Shown here one piece after another: positions 52,271 through 64,000 of a stretch of DNA of 64,000 nucleotides. Position numbers and translations under genes: made by a program. Location of the stretch: positions 38,008,001-38,072,000 of the forward strand of contig CM052816.1 in NCBI GenBank assembly GCA_028534125.1. The letters run 5' to 3'. The notes under the pieces are model-generated. The model saw only the letters and a program-made list of their open reading frames with translations, was not told the DNA's origin and searched no databases. This DNA comes from Lama glama (Eukaryota). Position 1 is the first letter of the stretch. Each line of letters opens with the position of its first letter.

Positions 52271-55200
52271 CAATGCTGCACAGTATTTATGGATGCCTCT
52301 CTTAATAAAATTACATGCAAATCTGGCTACAATATTGAGTGCATGTGTATTTCATGTGAGCACTATATACAAACATATACAGTTCTTGTATTTACAGAAA
52401 AGAATAAAATTTTAGAATTATTTTAATTTTATCATAATATATCACTTTATACTGTATTTCTGTTCAAAAGTGTGAGTTTCAATTTTGTTTCATTCTCATA
52501 CATAAGGGAACTTAAATGCATAGTGCAATACCAACCTGGGCCATATTAGAACTACTGGCTTATGAATGAACATTGGCTAAAAGTCGTTAGAAACGGATAG
52601 CTGCTTAGTGGTGTGTGGGAAATGAGTTGATGGTCACAGTCCAGCTCCTACTTAACAGGTGTCTACCTCATAAAAACCACCATCCTAATCAGCACTTATT
52701 GGCACCCTTATCATCTGTGCGAGGAGAGAAGCCAAGATTTAAGATTGCTTTCCCTTCTTTGTCAGGACTGTGTCAGAAGTTTCCCTTCAACCTTTTAAAT
52801 GGCTCTATGTTTTCCTTCTAACAATATTAATTTCTAAAATGAACTTAGTGTCTAAGAAGCCATCACTAGAGACTGTAGTTGACTTCTTAAACAGACAAGA
52901 CATTTATTTTAGAAAATAGTATTGTTACAAGGAAAACATGGAGCCATTACCAAAGGTTGTTTAAAATGAGAACATTTCAAGAGGTACCATCTCAAATCAT
53001 CAGTTTAAAGACAGACATATGTTCCCACCACAGGGACCTGTCCTACTGCGTGAACACCAGAAGAAAATTCATTACTTAACATCATTAAAGGATCATACTC
53101 AAACTTAATCATGATTACAGGGTGAAATCCACAGCTTTACTCAGGTGTTACTTGATTGCAATATTGGATGCTACTCAGTGGAAGAATTTGTTTTTCCATG
53201 CTTGATAGCATGTCATCTTTCATATTTTATGCTTTAAGCATGGAATCTAGTTTCATAGAAATGAGAAATATTCAAACCAATTCACTTGCAATTGAATTCT
53301 TTAAAACCATCATTTACTGGATAAATGAGTGTCAAAATTTATCTTTTTCACAAAGTGTATTTATAGATAAAAATATTTTATGAACGATCCATTGTGCAGT
53401 ATCAATGCTTGATTTCTCTCACTTTGGAAAAAAATGTCTATGTGGTGATGATAGGAAACAACTAACTCTATTAAAAGACTTAGTGTGATGTTTCAATAAC
53501 AGTTGTTTTAGAGTATCTTTTGAGGAGCGAAGGGTCAATGGACTTGAATGCATTCCAGTTATCACTGCCTCACAGCTTCATTGGTCTTTCAATACATAAG
53601 AAAGAAAAAGTAAAATTGCCTGCATAACAAAAATGCATTCAAAATGCATTTATATTTATTGCATAGAAAATAAAAATCAAAGAAAAATTCACAAACATCA
53701 ATGTTTACAAAGGACCTTAGTCCTAGTAGAAAACTAATACAAAAAGGAAAAAAATGAGAACTTCCAGGAGAGAATTAAAACTGTAAACCATTCATATCTT
53801 CCCCAATAATCTCTTAATTTATATAACTAACCTTTGCTTATTAAAATTTTTCAAAAAATGAGATATTTGAAGTAATCAATTAAACAAAGAAATGTAAAAC
53901 ATTTTGAATGTGAAATGTAAATGTATACATGTTTGCTGAATAAACTATTTAAAGTATGGAAAAACTTAATTGCTTTCCATAACCCTTTCATTCATTTTAC
54001 ATCATTTTGTATCCTCTCTTCATTCTTGTCTACAAACATAATTTTTAAGATTGAGTGTTCCCATGCAAGTTGTGTGAAAATGAAAACTAAAGTTTCTATA
54101 TATTGGGTTACAATTTTGACATTACTACTGTTCCACAGAGAGAAAATAAGACATATTTTATAATTTGAGAGAGAAGGAATTTCAAAATATCTCATTTGCA
54201 AGCTAAAAAAATTATCCAAGGTCATAAAACTATTACAAGAAGAGTCAAATGAATAGCCATAATTATAGGTTCCACTGCATAATGGAAAAAAAAGTGAAGA
54301 CCTTTTACATAGTATTATTGTAGTATGTTCTTCTTTTGAATATGATGAAAACCCAAATGAACGAATTCTTTCTCAGGTTTCCACTTGTTTCTTTAGTCTG
54401 TGACTGTTGTTTCTCCACCTTTTCTAAAGACCAAGATTTCCATTATCTAAATCACAGGCAAATTATCTGGAAGTTTAGGCATCTAGGAAAGATTGAGTTG
54501 TTTCAATTATAAGTTCTAATTTTGATGTACATTTAAAAAAATCTTCCACTTAAGCCTTTCTTAACTGAAGTATAAATTACCTAAGAACCCTAGGACTATG
54601 CCATGACCTACCTTTGAGAAAACCTTACACTGAGCATGAGTCCTGACTTTTAGTAAAAACTCAGTAAATTTATATTAATATTTTTATTGAACTGAAGATA
54701 TAAAAAGGTACAGAAGTTCTTCCAAAAGTTATAGATTGCATTTTGCATAGAAGCAGACAAACACATCTTATTTGACTTTGAAATTATTCCTAGGAGCACA
54801 AATAGAAGTCCATTTATCAATTTTACTCTTAAATAAGCTGAAGATGTTAATTTAAAATAAGTTTTCCTTCCTTTAAAAACTAAAAGAATGAAACTTTTAT
54901 ATAAACTCCTATTTTGTGATTGCTAGAGATTATCTTTTTAAATTTTGGTTTTTCTTCTCTTTTTTTAAAGGAGGGAATCTTCTGGAAATGTTATTTCTGT
55001 CTGATTTTTAACTCAATTTAGAAAACAGTCTGAACACTTAGTGTGTTCCTATACTTAGTAGCTAATACACAAAATACTTCATAAAATAATATCTTTACTC
55101 TGTCATAATATTATCTATCCATTGCATGGTTTAGTGTAACACTAAAAATGACAGTTCTTATCTGATTTCATGTGCCAAAAAAATACCACTTTAGCATGAA

Positions 55201-56836
55201 AAAGCCATTTGATATGAGAACTGACCAGGTGAAGGTTCAGAATGCACTAAAGAGACAAGTGAAAACCTGTAAGTAGAAGTTATAAATCTGAAGTATTGCA
55301 TTAATATCACAAAGGTAGTAAGGTCAGTGATAAAAAGGAAATCTTCATTTTGTGATTCAGAGGTTTTTATTCTCTTCTAACTGTTTTAATTTTGTACAAT
55401 TGCCATCAATCTTTTCGTCTGAATGCCATTTTATGCATTGGTGATCTCTGAAAATATTTCAAGGCCGTTTACAGGCAGCTCAGCAAAGTGGTGTGGTATG
55501 AAACACTTCGATTTAACTTCTTCAGGTTTGTTTCACTCTCCACCCAGGCACACCTCAGATGCTGCTCTGCTCATTGCTATCACTGCAGCATAGCCTATGA
55601 CTCTTCAAACATTATCGCCACCTGTCAAACCTGGCATGAAATAGCTTGCAAGGCTTTTATGTTGATTTTAAGGAATTAGCAGCATCAAGCATGTTATTTA
55701 TTCTGAGTTTATCTTCAGTGATATATGCTGTTTCCAGGAGCACTGGCTTGCATCCTGAATCTTTTCAGAACTGGCTGCAGAAGTATTATATTGTCATCTG
55801 GATTAAGTTTGTCTAAATTCCGCTCCCAAATTTACTTTTTTAGAAAGACTTCACCCTGCTAAGTTCAGTCAATAAGAAATCTGTCTTCTCACAATTAAAA
55901 TTTACAAGACCATCTCCAAAGCTAATTTAGAATATGTAGCAGCCTAGTACTGTATAAATTTATTTACAAAATTTAGGTATCATCCCAATCCTGCTTCTAA
56001 TTATATATATATTTGTTATAGGTTTGCTTTCATTACCAATGAAGAATAAGAGGAGAAAACTGTGCAAGCATATAAAACTATTACAGTAGAGTTTTGAAAA
56101 ATAATTTTTGGCAGTGCGTATTTGACAGATGAAATTTCAAAATCTTGAATATAGAAAGTAAAATAAATTTCTGGCTGGAAAAATACAGTTGGAAGAGTGC
56201 AGAGAGGGCAGAGCAGACATCTGGGGAGTTGATGGACTTCTGAGTTAGTGATGGTTTCACCCACAGGCTCCATTCATTTTCCCTGTTCCCTCAGAGTCCA
56301 CTGCCCTTTTCTCCAGACCGCACTGACTCCTCCTTCCAGCAGAAGGCCACTCACTGGCCAAGGTCAGGACCCTTCCTGGCTGGAGTGACAGATCAAGGTC
56401 TCACTGTTCTCACAGGTAAAATTAGGAGTTGGGATTAGATCAATTATTCTTATTATATTTTTGGTCGAATTTCCCTTTGAGAATTAGAGGAAAGATTTGG
56501 AAATTCTATCCTCAAAAGAAAAAAGAAGAAAAAGGAAAAAAGCACATAAACACAACATTCGAGATGTTTTAAGCCTATCTATAGAATCAATAATTAATTC
56601 TATTGAAGAATCCAGAAAATTAAATTAAGAATTAATTCTATAATTAACTCTATTAAATTAAGAACCAGAATAGAATATTTTTAAAATATTATACATGATT
56701 TCATAATAGGCATGAGTTTGGGGCTTTAGAATAATGATAATTTCTTTGGGCTTTCCTGTCATCACAAACTATCTGCACTAAACACCCATTTAAGAGGGCA
56801 GCCCTAGAAGCCAGAACAGCTATGTAGTATTACACT

Positions 56837-57186
56837 AATTAAACGAGGGGGCCATGGGACTGAGGTGGATCTAATAACTTGGTAGACTCCATAAGCAAAC
56901 CAAAACCTAAGCTAGAGTCCAGATACTGGTATCTACGAAAACAAAATCAAGAACAACCAATCACAGACCGCCAACTAGCTTTTCCCAAATTAGGCAATCA
57001 CTTAAGCTTCACATTGCCAAACAATTTCCTTACTTTGCCTCCGTATCTTTTCTATACAAACCCCTTCCCTAGTTCCCGTTGGTGGAGTGCCCCTAACCAC
57101 TTTAGGTTTGGTGCTGCCTGATTCAAATCGATGTTTTCTCAAATAAATGTGAAAATTTTAATGCTTTTCAGGTTTTTTTTTTAACA
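56837..57186 (+). mobile_element. Solo ERV1-class LTR (about 350 bp, MER34/MER41-related style)
   Basis: 'taagcaaaccaaaacctaag', CCAAT box 'aaccaatcac', TATA-like 'tctatacaaa', 'ctcaaataaa', and end 'ttttaaca'. Confidence 0.8.
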
Positions 57187-57189
57187 ATA

Positions 57190-57432
57190 GTAATTTCTGT
57201 TCAGTCACAAACTTCTTATGAAGCCTTAGGAAAATCACTTATCTTTCTTTCCTTCATTTTCCTCATTGGCAAATCAGGGATAACAACATCTATATTTACC
57301 TCATATGGTCATTATGGGTATTAAATTGTGTAACCTGGGCCGGCAATTTACATATATATACACACACACATACATACACATATATGCATGTATACTTAGA
57401 ACAGGACCTGGAACATAAGTGTTCAATTTATC
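57190..57432 (+). mobile_element. MIR with an internal (TA/CA)n expansion
   Basis: 'ccttaggaaaatcacttatcttt...ttcattttcctcattggcaaatcagggataaca...cttagaacaggacctggaacataagtgttcaat'. Confidence 0.8.
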
Positions 57433-58099
57433 TAAGATACTGCCTGTGTAACTTTTTAAAATCTTTATAAAGATGCATAGAAATAAACTGAAAAACAACT
57501 ATTTTCGTTTAGGTGATTTTTTCCCTAGAATTTCAGGAGCCATATTAACCATATCTAAATTCACAACATTCTATACATTATCTGTACTCTTGTTTACAGT
57601 CTCTAAGTGAATGCAAAAAGAAGGAATATTTTTATATCATCAAAGTAAAAGAGTGAATAGCTGCTTCCCAATTGAAAGGACAATAGAAAGAATATAATCA
57701 ATAACGATAATTCATTTGCACTTAGCATCCTTCACTGTGTAACGTGTCTTGGGATCATGTTCCTCTCCCCCCATCTCTTTTCAGCAATATCTATTAGTCT
57801 CCCCTCCTCGTGGGGCTGGCGTAAAGTTACTTACAGGTATATGTATATTCATTGCTTAATGGATCTTTTCTAAAAAGACTTTCCTTGCTGAGCTAATTTG
57901 TCTCTATTTTTAAAGCTTCAAAATAAGCCTTTCTGAACTGAATATTCAAAATCAGTATCAGCAGACTTCTGAGGTATTTCTTTCTTTACCCATACTTTTT
58001 ACAGCTGAAAATCAGGTAATATTTTAGATAAGATTCGGTTCAAAATTGTTATACCAGATGCAATTTACCTTTTAACCTTAAGTCCTACAATAACTTCCT

Positions 58100-58660
58100 T
58101 TCCCTTCCTCGTTCCTGCGCTGGTGAAGTGTGACAGATAAAACTGTCATTTCTGTTAAACAAGAGAGCATTTACACTCTTCACCACTTTCCACTCTACTC
58201 TTACGCTTGTAATGAAACTAGGTAAGATATAAACATAATAGGAAAGGAAAAGCCACACACATTTTCTGCTTAGTGAAACCACCCTTCTTTTTTCTCCTTT
58301 TTTCACAGCACTATTTTCTTACCGGTACTATATTTTTCCTGTCCAAAAACAGCTGTTACATGCACTACACACTTAACTTTTTTTCTGTGACCAACTATTT
58401 TACAAGTCCTATAATTTTGCCTTCATTTTCTCAACCAAATATGAACATCCCCCTCCCCGACACACGCACAAACACTCTGTTTTAGGTGCCACGGCATCTC
58501 AATAGCATCAATCACCATTCGCACCATCGATCATGCAGCTACGAGGCGGCTGGGTGACATCTGCCATAACAGCCTCTGTGCTATGATAATGCACTTGAAT
58601 TCTGATGCAGAAGGATATTGGTTTGCAGACTTGTAATCAATCATAGCATCTTTTCAAGCA
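58100..58660. promoter_or_regulatory. Candidate developmental enhancer (PBX-HOX and MEIS motif cluster)
   Basis: Three TGATNGAT sites on the minus strand (58507, 58526, 58636), an inverted TGACAG pair (58131-58148), local CpG retention, and no recognisable repeat. Motif inference only. Confidence 0.45.
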
Positions 58661-59024
58661 GGACATCTTAGAGATGTAACAGAGAGTTAATCACACATTC
58701 TTAGAGTATGTTTGGACATGAGTATAAGGAGTCCCATGATGTTGAACAATACTGAATAATTAAAATATAATTCATAATTCTCCCAACAGCCAATGCCATC
58801 TAAGTTATTCTAAACAATATACTGCTCTTTCAACTTTAGCCTTCTTCCCTGTAATTATCAGTATTCTAAGGGTTTTTGAATTATTATTAAATTTTAGCAA
58901 TATTTGTGACATTCTAAAATGCTAAACATAAAGACAAAGTCATTTCATATTTAGTATTCCTAACCCTACTGCCATTTAATGCATGCACATTTTATACAGA
59001 AATTTATTCAAGAACATATTAAGA

Positions 59025-60370
59025 TATTCACTCATTTCATTCAATCATTGCTGTGCCTTCCATGTGCCAGGCACAGTACTAAGCGCCAAGAAACATTGCA
59101 AGGAGTAAGTCAGAAAGATAAATATTTAGAGTGGTAGTTCTCAATTGGGAACTGCTTTGGCCCTCAGGGGACATTTGAAATATCTGGAGATATTTTCTGA
59201 TGTAATTGGGATAGTGTGTTATTGGACAGAGAACAGAGATGATGCTAAGCAAGCTATGATGCTTAGGGAAGGCTTCTCAAAGCAAGGGACACTTTGGCCC
59301 AAAACGTCAACAGTGGTGAGACTGAGAAGTCCCAATTTAGAAGGGTCATAAAGGAATATGACAAAGAGTACACTTGTTTGGTTCTGAAATGGTACAAGGA
59401 AGAAGTCATCACCTGTACTTCAGGTAGTCATGGAAGGCTGACTGAAGAGGAACACATAGATCGTGGTTTCCAGTACGTTTGCCAAGACTATAAGATGATG
59501 GGAAAATGTGGCAATTTCAGAGGAGAAAGGGAATGTGTACAAAGACATAGACAAGAAATCTAGTACAGCTGGAGTAAAGGATAGTTAACATTGTGTGGAA
59601 TGATGCTGGGGGGAGACAGATCACTTCAAATGAGGTGAGAAATATTCTCATTAATGTGATACATTCGTATACAGTCATATGACATGGAATCCTTGTGTGT
59701 CAGATTCAAGAACAGATTGCATTCTAGACAGCTGGAGAGTTGCCAAATGATTTTTTAACAAAGGAATAATAATAAGGAGATATGTGATATTTTTACAATA
59801 AATGACAAGAGAATTTGGAGAGCATGTTGGACTCAAGTAGCACTGGAGGCTAAAGAACCAGGCAGACTTTATTTTGCAATGAAACCTATGAGAAAGTATT
59901 ATGGTTCAAACCAAGAATTTAGCAGTGAGAACTGGAGAGAAAGGAATGACTAGGGATAATTAGGAAGATGAGCGAAAGTCATCTGCGAAATTCATCTACG
60001 AAATGTAAAAGTGATTGAAAAGTAGAAAATGACACGTACAGTTCTGGCTTGCCATATTAATTGCAATGTAAAGTAACCTTGGGAACAGAGTTTGGGATAT
60101 GATGAATATTCCAGGTCCAGTGAATCCTATGATTAATTTGTGATTCCTAGATAACATTCAAGTGGAAGTATCATAAAGTTTTTGGATGTGGAACTTGGAA
60201 GGTAGTTCTGGGTAGGAGACATTGATTTGGGAATCATCAGCATATAGATAGACATGAAACCCATAGGATAGATATATTTAGCTGAAGAAAATATGGAAGA
60301 TTAAAGTACGAAAGAACCCAAGTGAAGTCCAAAAGTTGACTGGGTCAGATTCTAGCAATCCAAACTAAGT
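59025..60370 (-). mobile_element. L2 LINE, interrupted by MER20
   Basis: Tail 'cactcatttcattcaatcattg...ccttccatgtgccaggcacagtactaagcgc'; later 'gtaggagacattgatttgggaatcatcagcatatagat'. Confidence 0.85.
59132..59334 (+). mobile_element. MER20 hAT-Charlie DNA transposon with an 8-bp target-site duplication
   Basis: 'gttctcaattgggg...ccctcaggggacatttgaaatatctggagatatttt...ggcccaaaacgtcaacagtggtgagactgagaa'. TSD atttagag / atttagaa (7 of 8 match). Confidence 0.92.
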
Positions 60371-62191
60371 CAGTGGAAGGGTTAGTAGAAAATCTGTTAA
60401 ATGATGCAGGGAACAGGGTAGCAGCAGGATAAACAGTTTATGTTTCACAACTCTCCACCAAATACGTTTTTTAAAAAGAACATTAATGGTAAATTAATAA
60501 AACATAATTTGAATGCACACTCATGATATTTCATATTTACAGTCATGAGATGAATAAAAGGTATATCTACTTTTGTGCTAAGACACAAAGATATATATAG
60601 AGAGAGAGATGTCTGGTACATAATAGGTGCTCAGTAAACACTTCTGCAATGCAGGGGTACCTATACAATGTATGAGAGGAGTAGCAAACCCACAGAATTT
60701 CTAATAAAGGGGAGTGTGACTGATAGAGAAGCTAGATCAGCTGTGGCAGAGGTTAATCTATCAGGATTCACTCCAAAAATCTTTTTCAATTTGTAAACAC
60801 TGAAATTATCCTGGAAACAAGGAAAAAACTGGTTGGCATAGGAGCATAAAACAGTACATGAAGTATTTTTATTTCTTTTTGTTTCTTTTGGATTTTTTAA
60901 TTCCGGAGGAAAGGTGTTTTGGATTTTTTCTTTTCATATACATGAACAAAGTTCACTTTAGTTTTTTTGTTTTTGGGGGTTTTTTGATAATAGATAATAC
61001 TCTCTTTGTTAGAAATTAAAGCACTCTTTCAAGTTTCAAGAGGTGCCTTCAAATTCAAGGATTAAATAACAGCATGTACACCTTTCATGCCTTGAGATAT
61101 TTCTATCATTTACCTTATTGACCTTGATCTTTCCAGAATGAAAAGTAGTTTGTGGTTTGTTTTTCTTGCTGTTTCATATCCTCAAATGTCAGTGCCTTCC
61201 ATTAAACTTTGTCATTTTTATTTTTTACTTTTTTCCAAACCACACTATCCTTTCAGGAACTTGGTTTCTTTATGCTTTCTTCCCTGTCCTTCACTTTGAA
61301 AATCGACTTCTGGAAAAACAATGCAAGTCTCGTATCATAGCGTGCATTTAATAATATACTAATTAATGGATCAATCACCTAAAGCTAACTGTAACTGTAG
61401 GATAAATGTGTCTATTTTCTTGCATTTAAGGCACCAAGGAAACTGTTAGTGTGATTTATTTGAATACAATAAGAAGTAAGAAGAATGACTTTTGAACACT
61501 GAAATTATACTATGCATTAGTTGTCCTTAGTATAAATGTACTGAAATGAGATTCTCTCCATGTCCAGTTCAGAAGATGACTAATTATGTTTCCTCTTTTA
61601 GAGAGGTAATTCCAACTTAAGTGGATACACTTGAAGAGCAGCTTAGTTTTTTTAATGTGTTAATAGGAATGTAGGTTATTCTTCTTTGCGCTAGAAATTT
61701 TCTTATGCTTTTTGATCTCCCACCTTGCCTTTCATCCAGCTACACACACACACACACCCTCCACTTGGGGGAGAATTCTCTAACTTTTCTCTTACGGACA
61801 AGGGAAGGCCTGTAAGAAGTCATTTATCCCCTGCCCTTCATTAAGAGAAATGTAATGTAGCTTCGAAAAATTTGGGGTAGTGAGCTTATGATTACTGTGT
61901 AAAATTACATGTTACTATAAATCTGAGTATCTTCAAATGTATTTATGGTACATTTAATTTCTTTAGTCTAAATATTTTCTTTAAGGAGTAATTTAAGGAA
62001 GTCTATCCTTCGTGCCAACTGAAGTCATTGTTATTTTGCTTTTAATTACCTCTGACTCTAAGAAAGGTGTTCCTTTTGCTCCTTTTCTGTGTAAGATTTA
62101 CTTTGTTACTTGATAATGAGATTTTTATGTTTCTAATAGACTTTAAGCGGCTTATTCCTGATACATCTGAGACCTGGTCAAAGCTCTAGAC

Positions 62192-62386
62192 CAGGCTGTC
62201 CGATAGGGATATGTGTGATGATGGAAATGCTCCACAGAACTGTCCAGTACCGTCTTCATTAGTCACATGCAGCTGTTGGATACTTGAAATGTTGTTAGTG
62301 CAACAGAAGAAATACAATGTTAGTTTAATTTTAATTCATATTAAATAGTCATGTGTGACGAGTGGCTACTGTATTGGGCGGCACAG
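62192..62386 (+). mobile_element. MER3 hAT-Charlie DNA transposon
   Basis: 'caggctgtccgatag...tgatgatggaaatg...acttgaaatgttgttagtgcaac...agtggctactgtattgggcggcacag', preceded by ctctagac. Confidence 0.9.
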
Positions 62387-63071
62387 CTTCAGCTGCTTAT
62401 GATCACATTCGAATTCATTAAAAATTACATACACAGTATGGTTTTTATTATTACCATATAGAGTAACTGGTAGAAATAGTGTCACAAAAGAATAAGGACA
62501 TTTGATATATCTCCCCACAAACACCAATAAATAATTTACTTAGTGTGCTAAGCTTGCTTTGAAAATTACATTTAAAATTGGTAACTTTATAGCTACTGTG
62601 ATATCATGATATTCATAAAAATTATATCTGTTTACTGTCATGTAGTTCCATAGCTTTTTTTATTCTCCATGTTGTTGTGGTAATTGTCATCAACTCATTT
62701 CTTCTCAGTTGTCTAATTAGCCACAATATTGTCAAAACTCAAATCCTATATCTAGCTATATTTTTCAGCATACATGGCCTGGTGCCATCTGTAGTATAAT
62801 GAAACTTTTTTTCTATGTCCAATTCCTTAGTTTACAATTTACTGTTAAGTAATTTTTTTTGAGAATAACTTTTAAAAAAATTAGCGTTCAAGTAAACTTT
62901 TTAAAGAACTCTCTCAGATGATATTGATTTACTAGTAACCCATATTTTTCTAATCCTCTAATTTAATTTTTCTTTCCTGCCTTTAACCTCCCTTCTTCCT
63001 TCCTATCCTTTTTTCCTTTCTTGCCTTCTCCAAGTGCTTTCCAATGTACACTATGTGCACAGTGACATATA

Positions 63072-63598
63072 TGTGCTTTGGTTTCCCACTGCTGCTGTAA
63101 TAAATTAACACAAACTTAATAACTTTAAGACAATGCATATTCATTACCTCACAGTTCTGGAGTTCAGAAGCCCTAAAGATAAGGGGTCATAGGCAGGGGT
63201 GCATTTCTTCTGGAATCTCTAAGGAAGACATTTCCTTAACTTTTTCAGCTTCCAGAGTCTACATGCATTCTCTGGCTCATGGCTTCTAGTTCTGTCTTCA
63301 AAGCCAACAAGGCAGCATCTTTCGATCAGTCAATCCATCAATCTCTCTCTGTCTCTGTCCCTTCCTCCTTCCCTCCCTCCTCTGCTACTCTTGTCACTTC
63401 TACCTGTTTGACTCTCTTTTCATGCTTTCCTCTCATCTGAATACAGTCAGCCCAGCTATATAATCCAGGATAATCTTTTCACCTTCACCTCAAAATTCTT
63501 AATGGAATTACACGTGCAAAGTCTTTTTTGCCATGAGGTTAATATAGTCACGGATTCTGAGCACATATCTTTGGGGAACCATGATTTTGTCTACCACA
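63072..63598 (-). mobile_element. MaLR solo LTR (MLT1C/D-like)
   Basis: 'tttcccactgctgctgtaataaattaacacaaactt...cacagttctggagttcagaag...taatccaggataatct...tgcaaagtcttttttgccatg...ctaccaca'. Confidence 0.9.
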
Positions 63599-64000
63599 AC
63601 ACATATTTTATAACTCTTTAGAATATAAAAGTTACAGTAATGTTTTGAAAGAGCTAATTATATTGATGAATGTGTATGTGTATATATAGAGAGAGATTCA
63701 CAAATATTTGTATATATTATGTACATAATTAATAACACAGGTCAATATGTATACAATAAGATAATTTATGTACTTATTCTTATGTTTCATACATTTTCAA
63801 GCTTTTATTCAAAAGTTGTACTTTGAAGATTCCTAAACGGCTCATGTCTCTATATATTTCCTGATATCACAAATCTTTTCTTTTTGTTTTTGCATCTACC
63901 CAATTATGCTCTCATACACTATTCTTAACAAAAATAGTATTTAATAATGTATTTTAGCTAACAGTTTAGTGATTCAAGTTGACTTTTAACAAATTTATTG

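Noticed and set aside
56575..56680. Repeated AATTAATTCTAT / TTAAATTAAGAA motifs as a CRISPR-like or structured array
   Set aside because: Irregular spacing with no constant repeat-spacer period; AT-rich slippage products.
1..64000. Prokaryotic-type systems (operons, CRISPR, defence islands), rRNA genes, or a CpG-island promoter
   Set aside because: The sequence is mammalian, repeat-rich and CpG-depleted, with no long ORFs, regular arrays or CpG island.

Overview
This is AT-rich, CpG-depleted mammalian genomic DNA, not prokaryotic. A tRNA-derived SINE (35729-35866) and the 3' UTR type of the L1 at 1-1508 point to a cetartiodactyl, most likely a camelid; this is inferred from recalled repeat consensus sequences. 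A large part of the window is decayed transposable elements: L1, L2, MIR, MaLR and ERV1 LTRs, and hAT DNA transposons, with several nested insertions. None of the ORF-track ORFs is a credible stand-alone gene. The only coding signal is a phase-compatible chain of small + strand exons at about 5956-8582 that ends in a stop codon and AATAAA, probably the 3' end of a gene I do not recognise. The remaining ~55 kb looks like gene desert or a long intron. It holds a few repeat-free, CpG-retaining blocks with PBX-HOX/MEIS-type motif clusters (best at about 58100-58660) and one very strong juxtaposed 3'/5' splice-site motif (14741-14786), a candidate recursive splice site or microexon. I see no CRISPR array, operon or novel enzymatic system. 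Repeat family names and boundaries are by-eye calls and need RepeatMasker/Dfam confirmation.
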